Shown here in pieces: positions 27,767 to 39,876 of a stretch of 64,000 nucleotides of DNA. The translations under genes were made by a program, and so were the position numbers. This DNA comes from Octopus sinensis (lineage: Eukaryota), in the NCBI RefSeq assembly GCF_006345805.1, contig NC_043004.1, positions 24,490,001-24,554,000 on the forward strand, in the 5' to 3' direction. The number at the start of each line of letters is the position of its first letter. Position 1 is the first letter of the stretch. The notes below the pieces were generated by a model, which was not told where the DNA came from, made no database searches, and saw only the letters and a program-made list of their open reading frames with translations.

Positions 27767-29034
27767 CATGTGCGCGCGTGTGGGTATATATGTTTGTGTA
27801 AGTGTATGCATTTGTCTATGTTTACGTGTGTATGTATATTTATGCGCGTGAGCGTGCGTATGGGTATGTGCGAACGTGTGGGTATGTGCGAACGAGAGGT
27901 GGATGAGCTTGTTTCAATAATTCGCAATTTACCATAGTTCTTTGTTAAGAAGGGATACTTGTGATAGATACCCATGTGCAAATTAATGCGGCTGTACTCC
28001 ATCATCGAATGCAGAAATCGATATCACATCTGGTAGGAAAGTGTTCTGTGGGAGGTATTTCAGCTACCTGAGCTACGTGGGTTATCTACCGCCGAAGCTA
28101 ACAAGACTCCTGTCTCATTATACAAAAGTAGTTGTTTTTCTAAACCAGATATTTCTGTGAATATCTTAATCTGGATTTATATACTCGCTTTCTTTTGTTG
28201 TTGTCTTTTGTTCGTTTGTTTTTTGGCGGGGGCCGGGGGGGCTGTTGCTATAAAAAAGAACTATTTCTATAATACTTTGCAAAAACCATGACACACATCT
28301 GAAAGAAAGTGAACTCACTTTCTAATGCAATAAAAACACAACTTAACCACTACAAAACAAAATATTTTATAGCCGTAAAGCTAAGTAATAAATCCTCGTG
28401 AGGTCAGTTAACGATGTCTCACACGGTTCCACAAAACAACCCTACCACCTTCATGTTTATTTAATTCATTTTCTTTGAGTAACTGACACAAAAACTGGTA
28501 TATATTAGACAGACCGCTTCTGTTTTATGGCTTGAAAAAATCTTTGAAAGAAACGAAAGTAGTGTACATTTGTTGCAGACATCATTTTACCAAAATAATT
28601 AATTGCTCCGCTGAATTGCTTAGTGTTCTACGCGTGGTACTTGATCAATCAGTTTTTAACAAACAATACCAAAAGGATATGTGTGTGTGTGTGCATGTAT
28701 ACATAGATATATGTGTTTGTGTGCATATATATGCATGTGTGTATTCATGTATATATGTACACACACAACACAACCACACAAACACTCATGAATATATATA
28801 TGTGTGTGTGTGTTTATACATATGTGAGTATGTTTACATAACATGTATAATATATATGACGGTATGTAAATATATATATATATAAATATACATATATATA
28901 TATGTATATGTGTGTGTATGTGTGTGTGTGCATATAATATATATATATACAAACATACATACATACATACATACATATTTATATATATATATATATACAT
29001 ACATAAACATATATATACATACATACATACATAC

Positions 29035-29102
<68 letters not shown>

Positions 29103-29239
29103 GATCAATAAATGGTGGGGTTGTGTTGACCGCACGTGGAGAAATGATAAGTAAGGAATTTTTTTTTTTAAATGCAGAATGCTCAAATGAAAGAAAATTT
29201 TAATAAAATGAGAAATTGATAAAATATATAAATATATTT

Positions 29240-29278
29240 ATTCAACCGGTTTTCGTCATTGTATGACTTGTCAAGAAT
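29240..29278 (-). ncRNA. PLE 3' hammerhead, U3-A8 core variant (one extra A)
   Basis: AUUC UUGACAA GUCAU-aca-AUGAC GAAA(A) CCGG U U GAAU; stems I and II pair perfectly and stem III is palindromic. Confidence 0.65.
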
Positions 29279-29905
29279 ATTTACTTTTTAAGAAGTTTTT
29301 TTAAAAATTAGAAAGGGGAAAAAAAGAAAGTTGCATTGTTTTTTGTAAAAGAATAATGATAAAAATGTACAAAAATTAAAAAATAAGTTCTCCGATACAT
29401 TGTGAGTTGTTGTGTATCTTGAGTTTTATGGTTGTTTACGAAAAAATTACCTTGAGGTGTTAAGATCCAAAGGGATTAAGAGCATGTGTTGTGTTGTTAA
29501 TTCAGCATGTTTGCAGGACAGGAAGTAGTAGTAATTGTGGTCCTGGTTCTTCAGTTCCTGTGTTGTGAGTAAGGGGAGACAACTCTTTTGAGTTCTTCAA
29601 TAAAACCCAAATTATAAAACTATCATTTTAGCTTCATTTGCATTATCTTTTTTATATAATTGCTTGTTAACTTAACTTTCAGATTTTAACACTTTATTTA
29701 TATTATTTTCTAATAATATAAATCTGCATAGATAATTGCATTTCAAATTGTCATATCATTTATAATAAAAATGATAGTAATAACAACAATAGTAAAAATG
29801 ATATTTAAAGAATATAAGTTTTAGCTTGAAGTGATGAATGCATGGTATCTTTATATATTTGTGTTAGTCCATCCATGAAGAGTGAGGTAGAGAAAGGAAG
29901 TTTGA

Positions 29906-30420
29906 TCAACGAGGAGTTTGCATATTAAGTTGTGTTTGGAATTTTTCAATAAATAGATTCTCCTTGTTAATTCTCTCCTGTGTGGTGATCCCGTCTTTAC
30001 ATTGGTAGAAGGGGAATATATGGAATTTATGGTTTAAGTCTTTAGCACATGAGTCTAAGTGGTCACTCAGTGGAATTTGTCGGTATTCCGGGAGATTTAT
30101 TTGTTCTTTATGCACCGTTACTCGTTTACGTAACGGGAGACTCGTTTGTCCAACATAATTATGTTGGCAACCAGCGCATGTGAGAACGTAGATAAGGTTC
30201 TCGGAGGAACAGGAGAAGTTAGTCTTGATTTTAAACTTCGTACCTTGTTTGAAGGTAAATTCAGAGCCTTCAAGTAGAAAGGGGCAGGTACCACAGTTTG
30301 AGCGTGCACATTTTTTTACTGTTGGGGGTGGATGTGGTGTGTGAAGTTTGGCATTTGTCAAGAGTTTTTTTAAAGATTTGTGTTGCCTTTTGCATTTGAG
30401 GATTTTGTGTGTATTTATAA
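29906..30420 (-). pseudogene. PLE Zn-finger linker + GIY-YIG endonuclease domain
   Basis: Open frame ending ...ERINKENLFIEKFQTQLNMQTPR*, with CxxxxCxxC and the PLE CCHH residues. Confidence 0.9.
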
Positions 30421-30707
30421 TGTTTTTCATTTTTGGGTCTGTTGACAGTAGACTGAGGTTTTGTATGATTGTGGTGTATGCTTCGATATTTTTGGGGTTG
30501 GGTGGTGGAATGTATGGAGGTATTTTGAGGTTGTGTGTGGTGTTAGGTGGGTGGTTTTCAGTGTAGTGTTGTCTAGTTCTTTGGCGCGTTTTATTCCATA
30601 CTCTATAAGGGTGGAGGGATATTGACGTGTAATAGTGTTTTTTTGAGAGGTCTTGAAGGCGTATTTCTCGTGTTTTTGGATCCGAGACAATGTGCATACC
30701 CTTTTAG

Positions 30708-31830
30708 CTAAATTGAAAGGGATATTTGTCTTGGTGTGTTTTGGGTGGCATGAACTAAAGAGGAGTATTGTTGTGAGTCTGTAGGTTTGTGGTAGATGTC
30801 TGTTATGATTTCGTTCTTAGGTGTTTTTATAATTAGGAGATCAAGGAATGGGAGATGATGTTTGCTTAATTCCATAGTGAATTGGATGTTGGGATGTATG
30901 TTGTTTAGTATGGTTTTGAATTCCAGGAGTTTTTCATAAGGTTCTTTCCATATGATGAAACAATCATCTAAATACCTTTTCCAGTTTTCCATTAGGTAGG
31001 TGTGGAAAACATGTCCAAATTTCTGGCTTGATATTTCATAGAGTGACAGTTCGAAGTAACCCATTATGAGGTTCGCAAGGACTGGTGCAGCCTTGGTACC
31101 CATCGCAATGCCACATTTTTGACGGTAGTGTGTGTCGTCGAAGAGAAAAAAATTGTTTGTCAGAATGAACTTAAGAGATTCTGTAATAAAAGACTTGTTA
31201 ATGCGGTCAGGGAATGTCTCGGGTGGTTTTTTCTAGCCAGAAATCAATTGCCTCTATACCATACTCATGTGGAATGTTGGTGTAGAGGTTGATGACATCA
31301 AAGGATACCAGGAGTGCCTCCTCGTTAACTGTTTTCGGGAGGTGTTTGAGCATGTCCAGATCATCCCTAATGAAACTTTTGATGTGGGTAAGGAAAGGTT
31401 TCAAAAGGATGTCTAGGAAGTACTCAGGCGGTGTGTTTCACAGGAGGTACCAGCCACGATGGCCTTAGTTTTAGGTCCTCCGGGCTTTGATGTTGATGTG
31501 GATGTCAGTGGAGAGTTTGCAGGCTTCGGTGATGTATTTGTTTTTATGTATTTTAGGAAGGCCATAAAAAGGCGGGGCTTGCATTTGAAAATGGTGTGAT
31601 ATAATCCCTTTCTTTTTCTGTGAGTCCCTGACCGTGTGGCGTATGAGTGTGGTGAGGTTTCTGATTGTTTTTTGCTGTTTGTAGTTGTTAATAACCTCAT
31701 AGAAAATGTTATTGTTAAGCATGGAGAACACTAGGTGTTTATAAAATTCCGTGTCCATAAGGACCACAGCACTCCCTTTGTCCGCTTCTTTGATGGTGAG
31801 GTTTTTATCCAGTTGTATGGTCACGTAGGT
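30708..31830 (-). pseudogene. PLE reverse transcriptase core (frameshifted)
   Basis: Motifs are spread over track ORFs 31471-31824, 31207-31404 and 30708-31103. Confidence 0.9.
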
Positions 31831-33610
31831 TTTCCCATTCTTCCTTACTGAAATTGGATTTTACCTTGGTTTTGCTTGGGGTAAAGGGGAGACTGGGATG
31901 TGTTTACAGAAATCGTCCAGTGTTTTATTCTCCCTTTTGGTGGTAGGAAGTTGCTTTTATTTCTGATCAATGAATCGTCCCCATTGTTGATATCTGTCAA
32001 AGCTTCTGTTAGGCGAAGTTTTCTGCAGAATTCAGAAACGTCATCCTTGACCTCCGTGTTGTTGGGTGTTCTGGGGTGGGTGTGAATTCAAACCTCTTGC
32101 TAGGATGTTGATTTGGGTTGGTGTCAGTGTTTTGCTGGAGAGGTTTATAATTTTTGTTTTCTTATTTTGGGTCTGTGTTAGCGGTGGTGTTTGTATTTTT
32201 CCCCTCTGTCTAAAAAATGGTTGTTGAGGTAAGGGGTGTATTCTTTGTTAAAGTTCTGGTTGTATGTGTAGGAGTGGTTTTGGGTGGGGAGGTGGAGGGG
32301 GGTAGGTAGTTGTCGTATTTGTGTTGGTATGGGATGCGATGGTGTAAGGATTTGTGAGAAATGCGATGGGTTTGTGGTGTGTGTCTGGTAGATTGTATGG
32401 GGGGATGTCGGGGGGTATGTAGTTGTGGTGATTGGGTTCGTGTGGGATGTGAGGGTTTGGAGATCTGTAGGAGATGTGGTAGGGATGTGGTTGTTGGATG
32501 GGTGGACTATAGGGGGTTCGTTGGTGGGTCTTATATGTATCGTTGTGGGTAGGATGCCTTGTTGTTATTAGTGTGAGGGAGGGGAGCCTTGAGGGGGGGA
32601 TAATTTCTAGTGTATGGAGGTTCTTGAAGGTTCTAATCGGTGGGGGAGGGGTGTTAGAGTGATTGGAAAACCAGGTTTGTGGTGGGTCTTGTTTGAGATG
32701 TTTCGGGGGGGAAAAGGTTTTTTATATGGTGGGGGAGGTTGTGTCCTGTTAGGAGGGGGTTTGGAGAGTATGTGTATTTGAGGTGCGGTTTGGAATGGTG
32801 TTTATGGGGTACAGTGGAAGTCTGTGTGTGGGTACTTTTATGAATGGGTTTTTGGATTTATGGTTTAATATGAATTGTGTTTCATAGTTGAGGAAGAAAT
32901 CTTTGTTGTTTTCCCAGCGTTTAAGGGAGGTTCGTTCTTCCTTTTCACTTTCATCTTTCCATAGTTTAATAACAAGTTCGAGGGGCTGTTCGTGGTGGGT
33001 GTGAGGTTAGTTCTAGAAGTATCTCATCGTCTATTTTTGTGTATTTTTGTTCGTGGTTTTGTGCTCTGAGTTTTAGAAGTTCTACTTCGGTTTTCATTTT
33101 TTCCAATGTTAGTTTTTCTCTTAGGGAGCGTTGTTTTTCAGGTTCGTCTGGGATGTGTTTGATTTGGAATTTTCGGGGTAGTATGATAGGGGAGGAGTTT
33201 AACCATTTGTCGTAAATTTCAGCTTTGTTTTGTTTTTGAGCATGTTCCAGAAGAGAAGTTTTCTGTTGTGTAGTTTCTTAGTCCAAGTAGTGATGATCTG
33301 GTTTTTAATGCGTTGTGCTGGGGTTGAAGTGTGTTCCTTCTGTGTGTTGAGTGGTGTCTGAGGTCTCTTTGGCGTTGAATGGTAAGTAGAGTTTTCAGTG
33401 TAGTGTTGATTTCATTTAGGTTTACATCTATCTTATCCGAAAGTAGAGTTTTCAGTGTAGTGTTGATTTCGTTTAGGTTTACATCAATTTTATCCGAAAG
33501 TTGTTGATGATGGTTGTTTTCTGAGTTGTCCCGGGATTGATGGAGAAGTTCGTCAATTTTTTGGGAGAATGTAAGTAGATGTGTATTGAGTACTTTGAGT
33601 TCTTACATAC

Positions 33611-33694
<84 letters not shown>

Positions 33695-34119
33695 GTATAT
33701 ATATATATGTATATATGTATATATGTATATATATATGTATATATATATATGTACAGTCTCTTACTCTTTCAACAGCCTCTGTTTCAAACACTGAACTATA
33801 GCCCTACTGGTGCACAGCCTTGACGGATTTACGTTATCAAATAGACCCCAATATACTTGTTTTATAAGACTCGTACTTATTCTGATATCTTTTATTTTTC
33901 TACTTAATGGGGAGGGCAACAAAACAATAATTGTTGTAAAACGGTGTTGCAGACACACACATAGATACGCATATGTGTATTTATGTTTAGATATTTGTAC
34001 GTACACGCATACATACATTGAGAGCAGTTTTTACCAGGTCTGCTTACAAGGTTTCGTGCAATGAAACTGAATCAGAAATTTCGTGGTTTCGAATCCAGCT
34101 AGTTAAGATACACATATAT

Positions 34120-34352
34120 ATTTCTTTACTACCCACAAGGGGCTAAACATAGAGGGGACAAACAAGGACAGACAAACGAATTTAAGTCGATTATATTGAC
34201 CCCAGTGCGTAACTGGTACTTAATTTATCGACCCCGAAAGGATGAAAGGCAAAGTCGACCTCGGCGGAATTTGAACTTGGAACGTAACGGTAGACGAAAT
34301 ACGGCTACGCATTTCGCCCGGCGTGCTAACGGTTCTGCCAGCTCGCCGCCTT
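34120..34352 (-). mobile_element. Full-length SINE family B with 16-bp target site duplication
   Basis: ttaagatacacatata occurs at 34103-34118 and 34352-34367. Confidence 0.9.
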
Positions 34353-34458
34353 TAAGATACACATATACTCGCACAAATGTATGTATATATACTTACATAC
34401 ATGCATGTGTGTGTATGTGTGTGCGTGTGCGCGTGTGTGCAAGTTTAATTCATACAAT

Positions 34459-35083
34459 AACACCTACATATACGGGTTTAAGATAAAATAGAATTGTCCA
34501 AGCTGAAACATATATTGATATATTAGAGATATAAAAATATAGAAATATAAAAATAGATGGAAACTAAAAATATACAGGAACATATAGATATATAGATATA
34601 TAGATATATAAATAAAATAATAATGGGATATGGATAAAAATAATAATGGAATAAAAGATAAAAATCTATATGAAGAAATTAAAATATGGTATAGAAGAAG
34701 TAATAGGCACTAAAATAATTTTGGGTGACACGTTAGAAGAAAATAAAGTATTCCAACGACCGTTTCTGGAGTTACCTTGTAAAGAACTGAATGCATATCT
34801 AGCGTAAACATCATTTTTCCCTGATGAAGGGGTCATTCTCTGAAAATGAATCGTAGGATTCATCTCTAATTTGGACGAATGAACTCCAGAAGCGATCGTT
34901 GGAATACTTTATTTTCTTCTAACATGTAAACCAAACATTTTTTTAATGCCTTTTACTTTCTCCATACCATATTTAAAATTTTTAAAACGTTTTTCATCTA
35001 TATTCTATTATTATTTACATTTACATTTCATCAGCTTGGATAATTCTTATTTTAATTTAACTAAACCCGTATATGTATGTGTT
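34459..35083. repeat. Large diverged fold-back element (about 625 bp)
   Basis: Terminal aacacctacatatacgggttt / aaacccgtatatgtatgtgtt. Inner arms 34685-34778 vs 34881-34975 are also reverse-complementary. Confidence 0.8.
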
Positions 35084-35229
35084 AATAGTACTCTGCCTGA
35101 TTTGAACGTTTCCTATTGTATCAATAATATTTATCTAAAACCTCAGGTTTGACTTGAGCAAATTATAAATATTATAAATATTTCCAAAGGAAATTATAAA
35201 ATATATTTGGACGTTGTGTGTGTGTGTGT

Positions 35230-35261
<32 letters not shown>

Positions 35262-35273
35262 ATCTGTGTCTGA

Positions 35274-35323
<50 letters not shown>

Positions 35324-35734
35324 GCATATGTATGTATATACATATATATATATGTACATACATACATGCATGCATGCATGTAAGTTTATATGTATGTATG
35401 ATCTTATTTTAGTGATTGAGATTTTTGCCGGCAGCCATGATAAAATATTCTGTCGAAAGATTTTTATTTAATTATAATATATTTGGTCGTTTTGTCTGCA
35501 ACTTATATTTTCGATTTCTGTTGATCAAAAGACTGCGTTTAACAAATATATTAATACAGAGTGTTATCATTCTTGAAGGACTTCAATGCCACAATATACT
35601 TAAACCGATAGTCAAGTGTATACAAAAATTTGCTAGATCAGCTTATTAACAAAAATTTGAATGAGAAACACTCAGTATAACAAACAATAATTATTAATGA
35701 CATTTTCCCCATAAACTTTGAGGTGATGCTAATA

Positions 35735-35900
35735 TTGGTTTCAAATTTTGGCACAAGGCCAGCAATTTCGGAGTGTGAGTAAGTCGATTACATCGACGTC
35801 CCTGCTGAGCTGGTATTATTTCATCGACCCCAAAAGGATGGAAAGCAAAGACGACCTCGGCGTAATCTGGTATCAAAACGTAAAGACGGACAAAGGTACT
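35735..35900 (-). mobile_element. SINE family B copy
   Basis: Contains atcgaccccaaaaggatggaaagcaaagacgacctcggcg. Confidence 0.75.
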
Positions 35901-37500
35901 TTAACGTACTTTAGCAGGGTGTATATTCTCGATTTAGATACGTGACTATCACACATGTCACATTCGAATGCTATACTACTGCACTCCAAGAACAAGAGAT
36001 AACTACAAAATGTCTATTGGAGAAAAGAGACGGTGTAGTCTTTGAACGCCAAGATGCGACTAAACATACTGATTATGTCATTTTTCTGTTGATGATATTA
36101 CACGTCATCAACAGCTGCTCAAAGATGTCCTTAACACACAACTTCCTAATGCGGCTTAATGTTGCTTTCAAAACAAAATATAATGCTATACACGGGCTTA
36201 CTCAGAATAAATATCGAAAAACGTCTGTTGTCGAATACATGCTAACGTTTCATCTCAAGAAATACTGGTGTAACATTCCCATTAAATTTTGCGCCAGATG
36301 CATACATAATATGCTTAATTAAGCTGTTTAAGATTTACCCTTTATTTGTGAATAAAATTTTATCAAAATCAATCAGAAATACCATAATTATGGACAAGTG
36401 CTACGACGATACCAGCTTTTCTATCCAGAAAATATTCACATTTATATAAGTATTGTTACTGAATATTTAAATGACAACTCAGAACTGTTGGGAATTTTTA
36501 TGCAAACACCAATTATTAGTCCTTTTTGCAAATACACACTTCGCAAATTCAATCTGTAAGTGAATTAAGAAACTATTTCTAAAATACGTGTAAACACTCA
36601 CTGATGTTGTTATTTAATACCCGCTGAAAGACTAAAACCAGTTCCTACTATAGGGAAGTAAGAATTGAATTAGTCAAAAGGAGAAATAGTATATAAATAT
36701 ACACAAGCTAGATGTATATTGTGCACCCAATCAACTGCCAATTTCCGTTTGCTTGCTGGTAAACTGCTATCTCCACGCCATTTGCTTCGGACTGCTGTTC
36801 GTAGAAGCAGAATTCCACCCTAGCAATTATAGGCAATTTTAGCATTTGGTTTTGTGAGAACTCTAAGTTTTCAGTCGCTTCGGGTAGACAATAGCCATAT
36901 CACTAAACATTTTACTCCCATTAAATTCAAGTAGATTCGTTTTGTGATTATATATCGCGCGACTGTGAACAGACATGTCCGACAATCTATCAGTGTTTAT
37001 GTATGTATATATGTATGTCTGTAAACACGTATATGTGTCTATCAAGAAGTATTGATATTTGTTAGACGTATGCGAAATAATGTACAGAAAGGTAATGTAA
37101 TAGGAATTATATCTGATTTGTTCTGATTACAATATGATTTCTTGTTATAAAGCTATTAACCAAACCAAGAATCTTTCTATTTAGCCATGTGTTGTTTAAA
37201 ATATAGACAAAGACTGAGACAGATATATTACTGTTTTACCAAGAAACTATGAGTAACCAAAAATGGATGAATTGTAATCTGCATTACTTTATATATAAAA
37301 GATCTGTGTTTAAACAAAGATAGGCATTTGCAATCTTTATGCTCCACAATATGCACCTAAATGTGTATGTATAATAGTGTTGAGGAGGCTGTGTATATGT
37401 GTGTGTGTTTGAGTGTGTATGTGCGTGTATGCTTATGTGTGTTCGTGTGTGTGTTCGTGTAAGTATATATAGTAAACGCACGTAAATATACGTTTATTTT

Positions 37501-37715
37501 TATCTTTTACTTGTTTCATTCGTTGCACTATGGCCATGCTGGGGCACCGCCTTGAATTTTAATCGAACGAATCGACCCCAGTATCTTATTCGTTTTGAAA
37601 GCCTGCTACTTATTCTATCAGTTTCTTTTTAACGATCCTCTAGGTTACTGGTACGTAAACACACCAACATCGGTTCCCAAGCGGTGTTGGGCGACATAAA
37701 CAGACAAACATGCAT
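37501..37715 (+). mobile_element. SINE-like repeat family D
   Basis: atcttttacttgtttca...ggccatgctggggcaccgccttgaa...; other copies at 41245, 42950, 45225, 47985, 56775 and 62154. Confidence 0.8.
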
Positions 37716-37746
37716 ACACGTGCTCACACACACACACCACACACAC

Positions 37747-37825
<79 letters not shown>

Positions 37826-37852
37826 TTATATGTATATATGTATATATATGTA

Positions 37853-37892
<40 letters not shown>

Positions 37893-38022
37893 CAGTAAAA
37901 CAATTAAGATTCAAGTGAGTTCCAATGAATTCACATGAATGTGGTACTTATCTTAGATGCACCAGAAATCTTTATGGTATTAACCATAAAATAATGTGGG
38001 GTGATTATAAACATTTGGCTGA

Positions 38023-38111
38023 TTTGACTGATGAATACGGGACACTTGTAATTGCTGCAATTATTGCAGCTTTTAATAAATATGTTCTTCATATGAAACA
38101 ATTGTACTGAA
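38023..38111 (+). ncRNA. Decayed hammerhead with about 60-nt stem II
   Basis: CUGAUGA (38028-38034), 60-nt hairpin, GAAAC AAUU GUA (38095-38106). The closing pair of stem I is mismatched (A-C). The tail ttgttgcttttt(TA)n is shared with 52631-52750. Confidence 0.45.
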
Positions 38112-38141
38112 CAACTAATCCATTCTTGTTGCTTTTTCTTG

Positions 38142-38206
<65 letters not shown>

Positions 38207-38212
38207 TATATT

Positions 38213-38484
38213 GTTGTGTTTGGGGATAACCATTCTCTTTTAGTGCCTTATAATTTAACGTACTCACCGGTAAGATTTCCACTCATTTACTTATTTATTT
38301 TTCTAAAATTTTCGTTGTCTTGCAACCTTTTCAATAGTTAACGGGCAGAGTCAACAACTAATGAAACGGCTGCAAGACGCAACGAAAATTTTAGAAAACT
38401 AAATAAGTAAATGGATGGAAATTTTACCGGTGAGTGTGTTAAATTATAAGACATGAAAAGAGAATGACTCTCCCCAGACACAAC
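38213..38484. repeat. Fold-back element, about 115-bp arms, 40-nt loop
   Basis: 38213-38327 vs 38368-38484 are reverse complements (roughly 85% by eye); the left end is in (TA)n. Confidence 0.9.
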
Positions 38485-38552
38485 AGAAAATGCTTCAACA
38501 CACGAACTCACATAAAGAATCTTGGAAATCAAATCTAAAAACAAAATATATA

Positions 38553-38617
<65 letters not shown>

Positions 38618-38620
<3 letters not shown>

Positions 38621-39003
38621 TTATTGCCCACAAGGGGCTAAACAAGAGATAAATCGATTACATCGACCTGAGTGCGTAACTGGCACTTATTAATCGACCC
38701 TGAAAGGATGAAAGGCAAAGTCGACCGACCTCGGTGGAATTTGAACTCAAAACGTAACGGCAGACGAAATACATGTTTCTTTACTACCCACAAGGGGCTA
38801 AACACAGAGGAGAGAAACAAGGACAGACAGATGGAGTAAGTCGATTATATCGACCCCGGTGCGTAATTGGTACTTAATTTATCGACCCCGAAAGGATGAA
38901 AGGCAAAGTCGACCTCGGCGAAATTTGAACTCAGAACGTAACGGCAGACGAAATTCCACTAAGCTTTCCGCCCGGCGTGCTAACGTTTTTTCCAGCTCGC
39001 CGC
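38618..39003 (-). mobile_element. Two tandem SINE family B copies
   Basis: 38618-38770 (internally deleted) is directly followed by the near-complete 38772-39003. Confidence 0.85.
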
Positions 39004-39399
39004 TTTTGTATATATATAGCCGTAGATGTAACCATGCTGCTCCGATAATCTGATGAGTTAGCTTTCTTTATTTCCGTAAATTTTTTAATATACAATCGTA
39101 TTGTGTAATGCTGAGTAACCATATTGATGCAAACTTCTAAGTTTAGTTTCGCATACTTAGATTAGTACTGCATGAAGAAGGCTATGAAACGACTGATATA
39201 TATATATATATATATAAAGCATAAAGTCATGTATGCGTTTATGTATGAATGCTTGTATGTATATGAGTAAATGTATGTTTACATTTCAGTAACTTTCTTT
39301 ACTATAGCTTTCTATTACACATTGATTATTTGCCTATTTAACAAGTTTTGAAACAAACTACAGCACTCTTCTCTCCCCCTGACTTTCTCTGTATGTGTG

Positions 39400-39431
<32 letters not shown>

Positions 39432-39759
39432 CAGAGAGAGAGAGAGAGAGAGAGAGAAATTTTGAAAGCGCTGTTTTCTGGACTAGCAAGACACTATAAG
39501 CAATATGAAGAACTTTTTTTCCACCGAGAATTAATATTTATTTATCAAATTATTTCGTTATAGACTGCAGAGTGTCTGTTGTCTGTGACAAAATAATGTA
39601 ATATATTATATGTGTGTATTCATGTGTGAGTTTGTAAGAAATACAAAGATTAGGTTAATCTCATAAATACATGAAGTGTAAAAGTTCTAAATTTGTTAAA
39701 GTTTCTATGTAAACAAAACACGTATTTCCAGATTCACATTTCTTAATGGTTACTTGCAT

Positions 39760-39791
<32 letters not shown>

Positions 39792-39803
39792 TAGATAGAT
39801 AGA

Positions 39804-39840
<37 letters not shown>

Positions 39841-39841
39841 G

Positions 39842-39876
<35 letters not shown>

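Larger units (their letters stand above)
29102..33590 (-). mobile_element. Penelope-like retroelement, Neptune-type, 5'-truncated and frameshifted, inserted in (TA)n
   Basis: ADKGSAVV, LVSFDVINLYTNIP, GIAMGTKAAPVLANL, WKRYLDDCF (RT); KKCARSNCGTCPFL linker; CSSENLIYVLTCAGCQHNYVGQT (GIY-YIG). A 3' UTR with hammerhead follows; both ends abut (TA)n. Confidence 0.95.

Noticed and set aside
29906-31830. Selenoprotein-type (Naiad) PLE with recoded UGA
   Set aside because: The endonuclease is C-terminal and the Zn-finger and CCHH cysteines translate normally; the interruptions are frameshifts.
34040-34085. Minus-strand CUGAUUC..GAAACCUUGUA motif
   Set aside because: The core is not CUGANGA or a compensated variant, and the stems are marginal.
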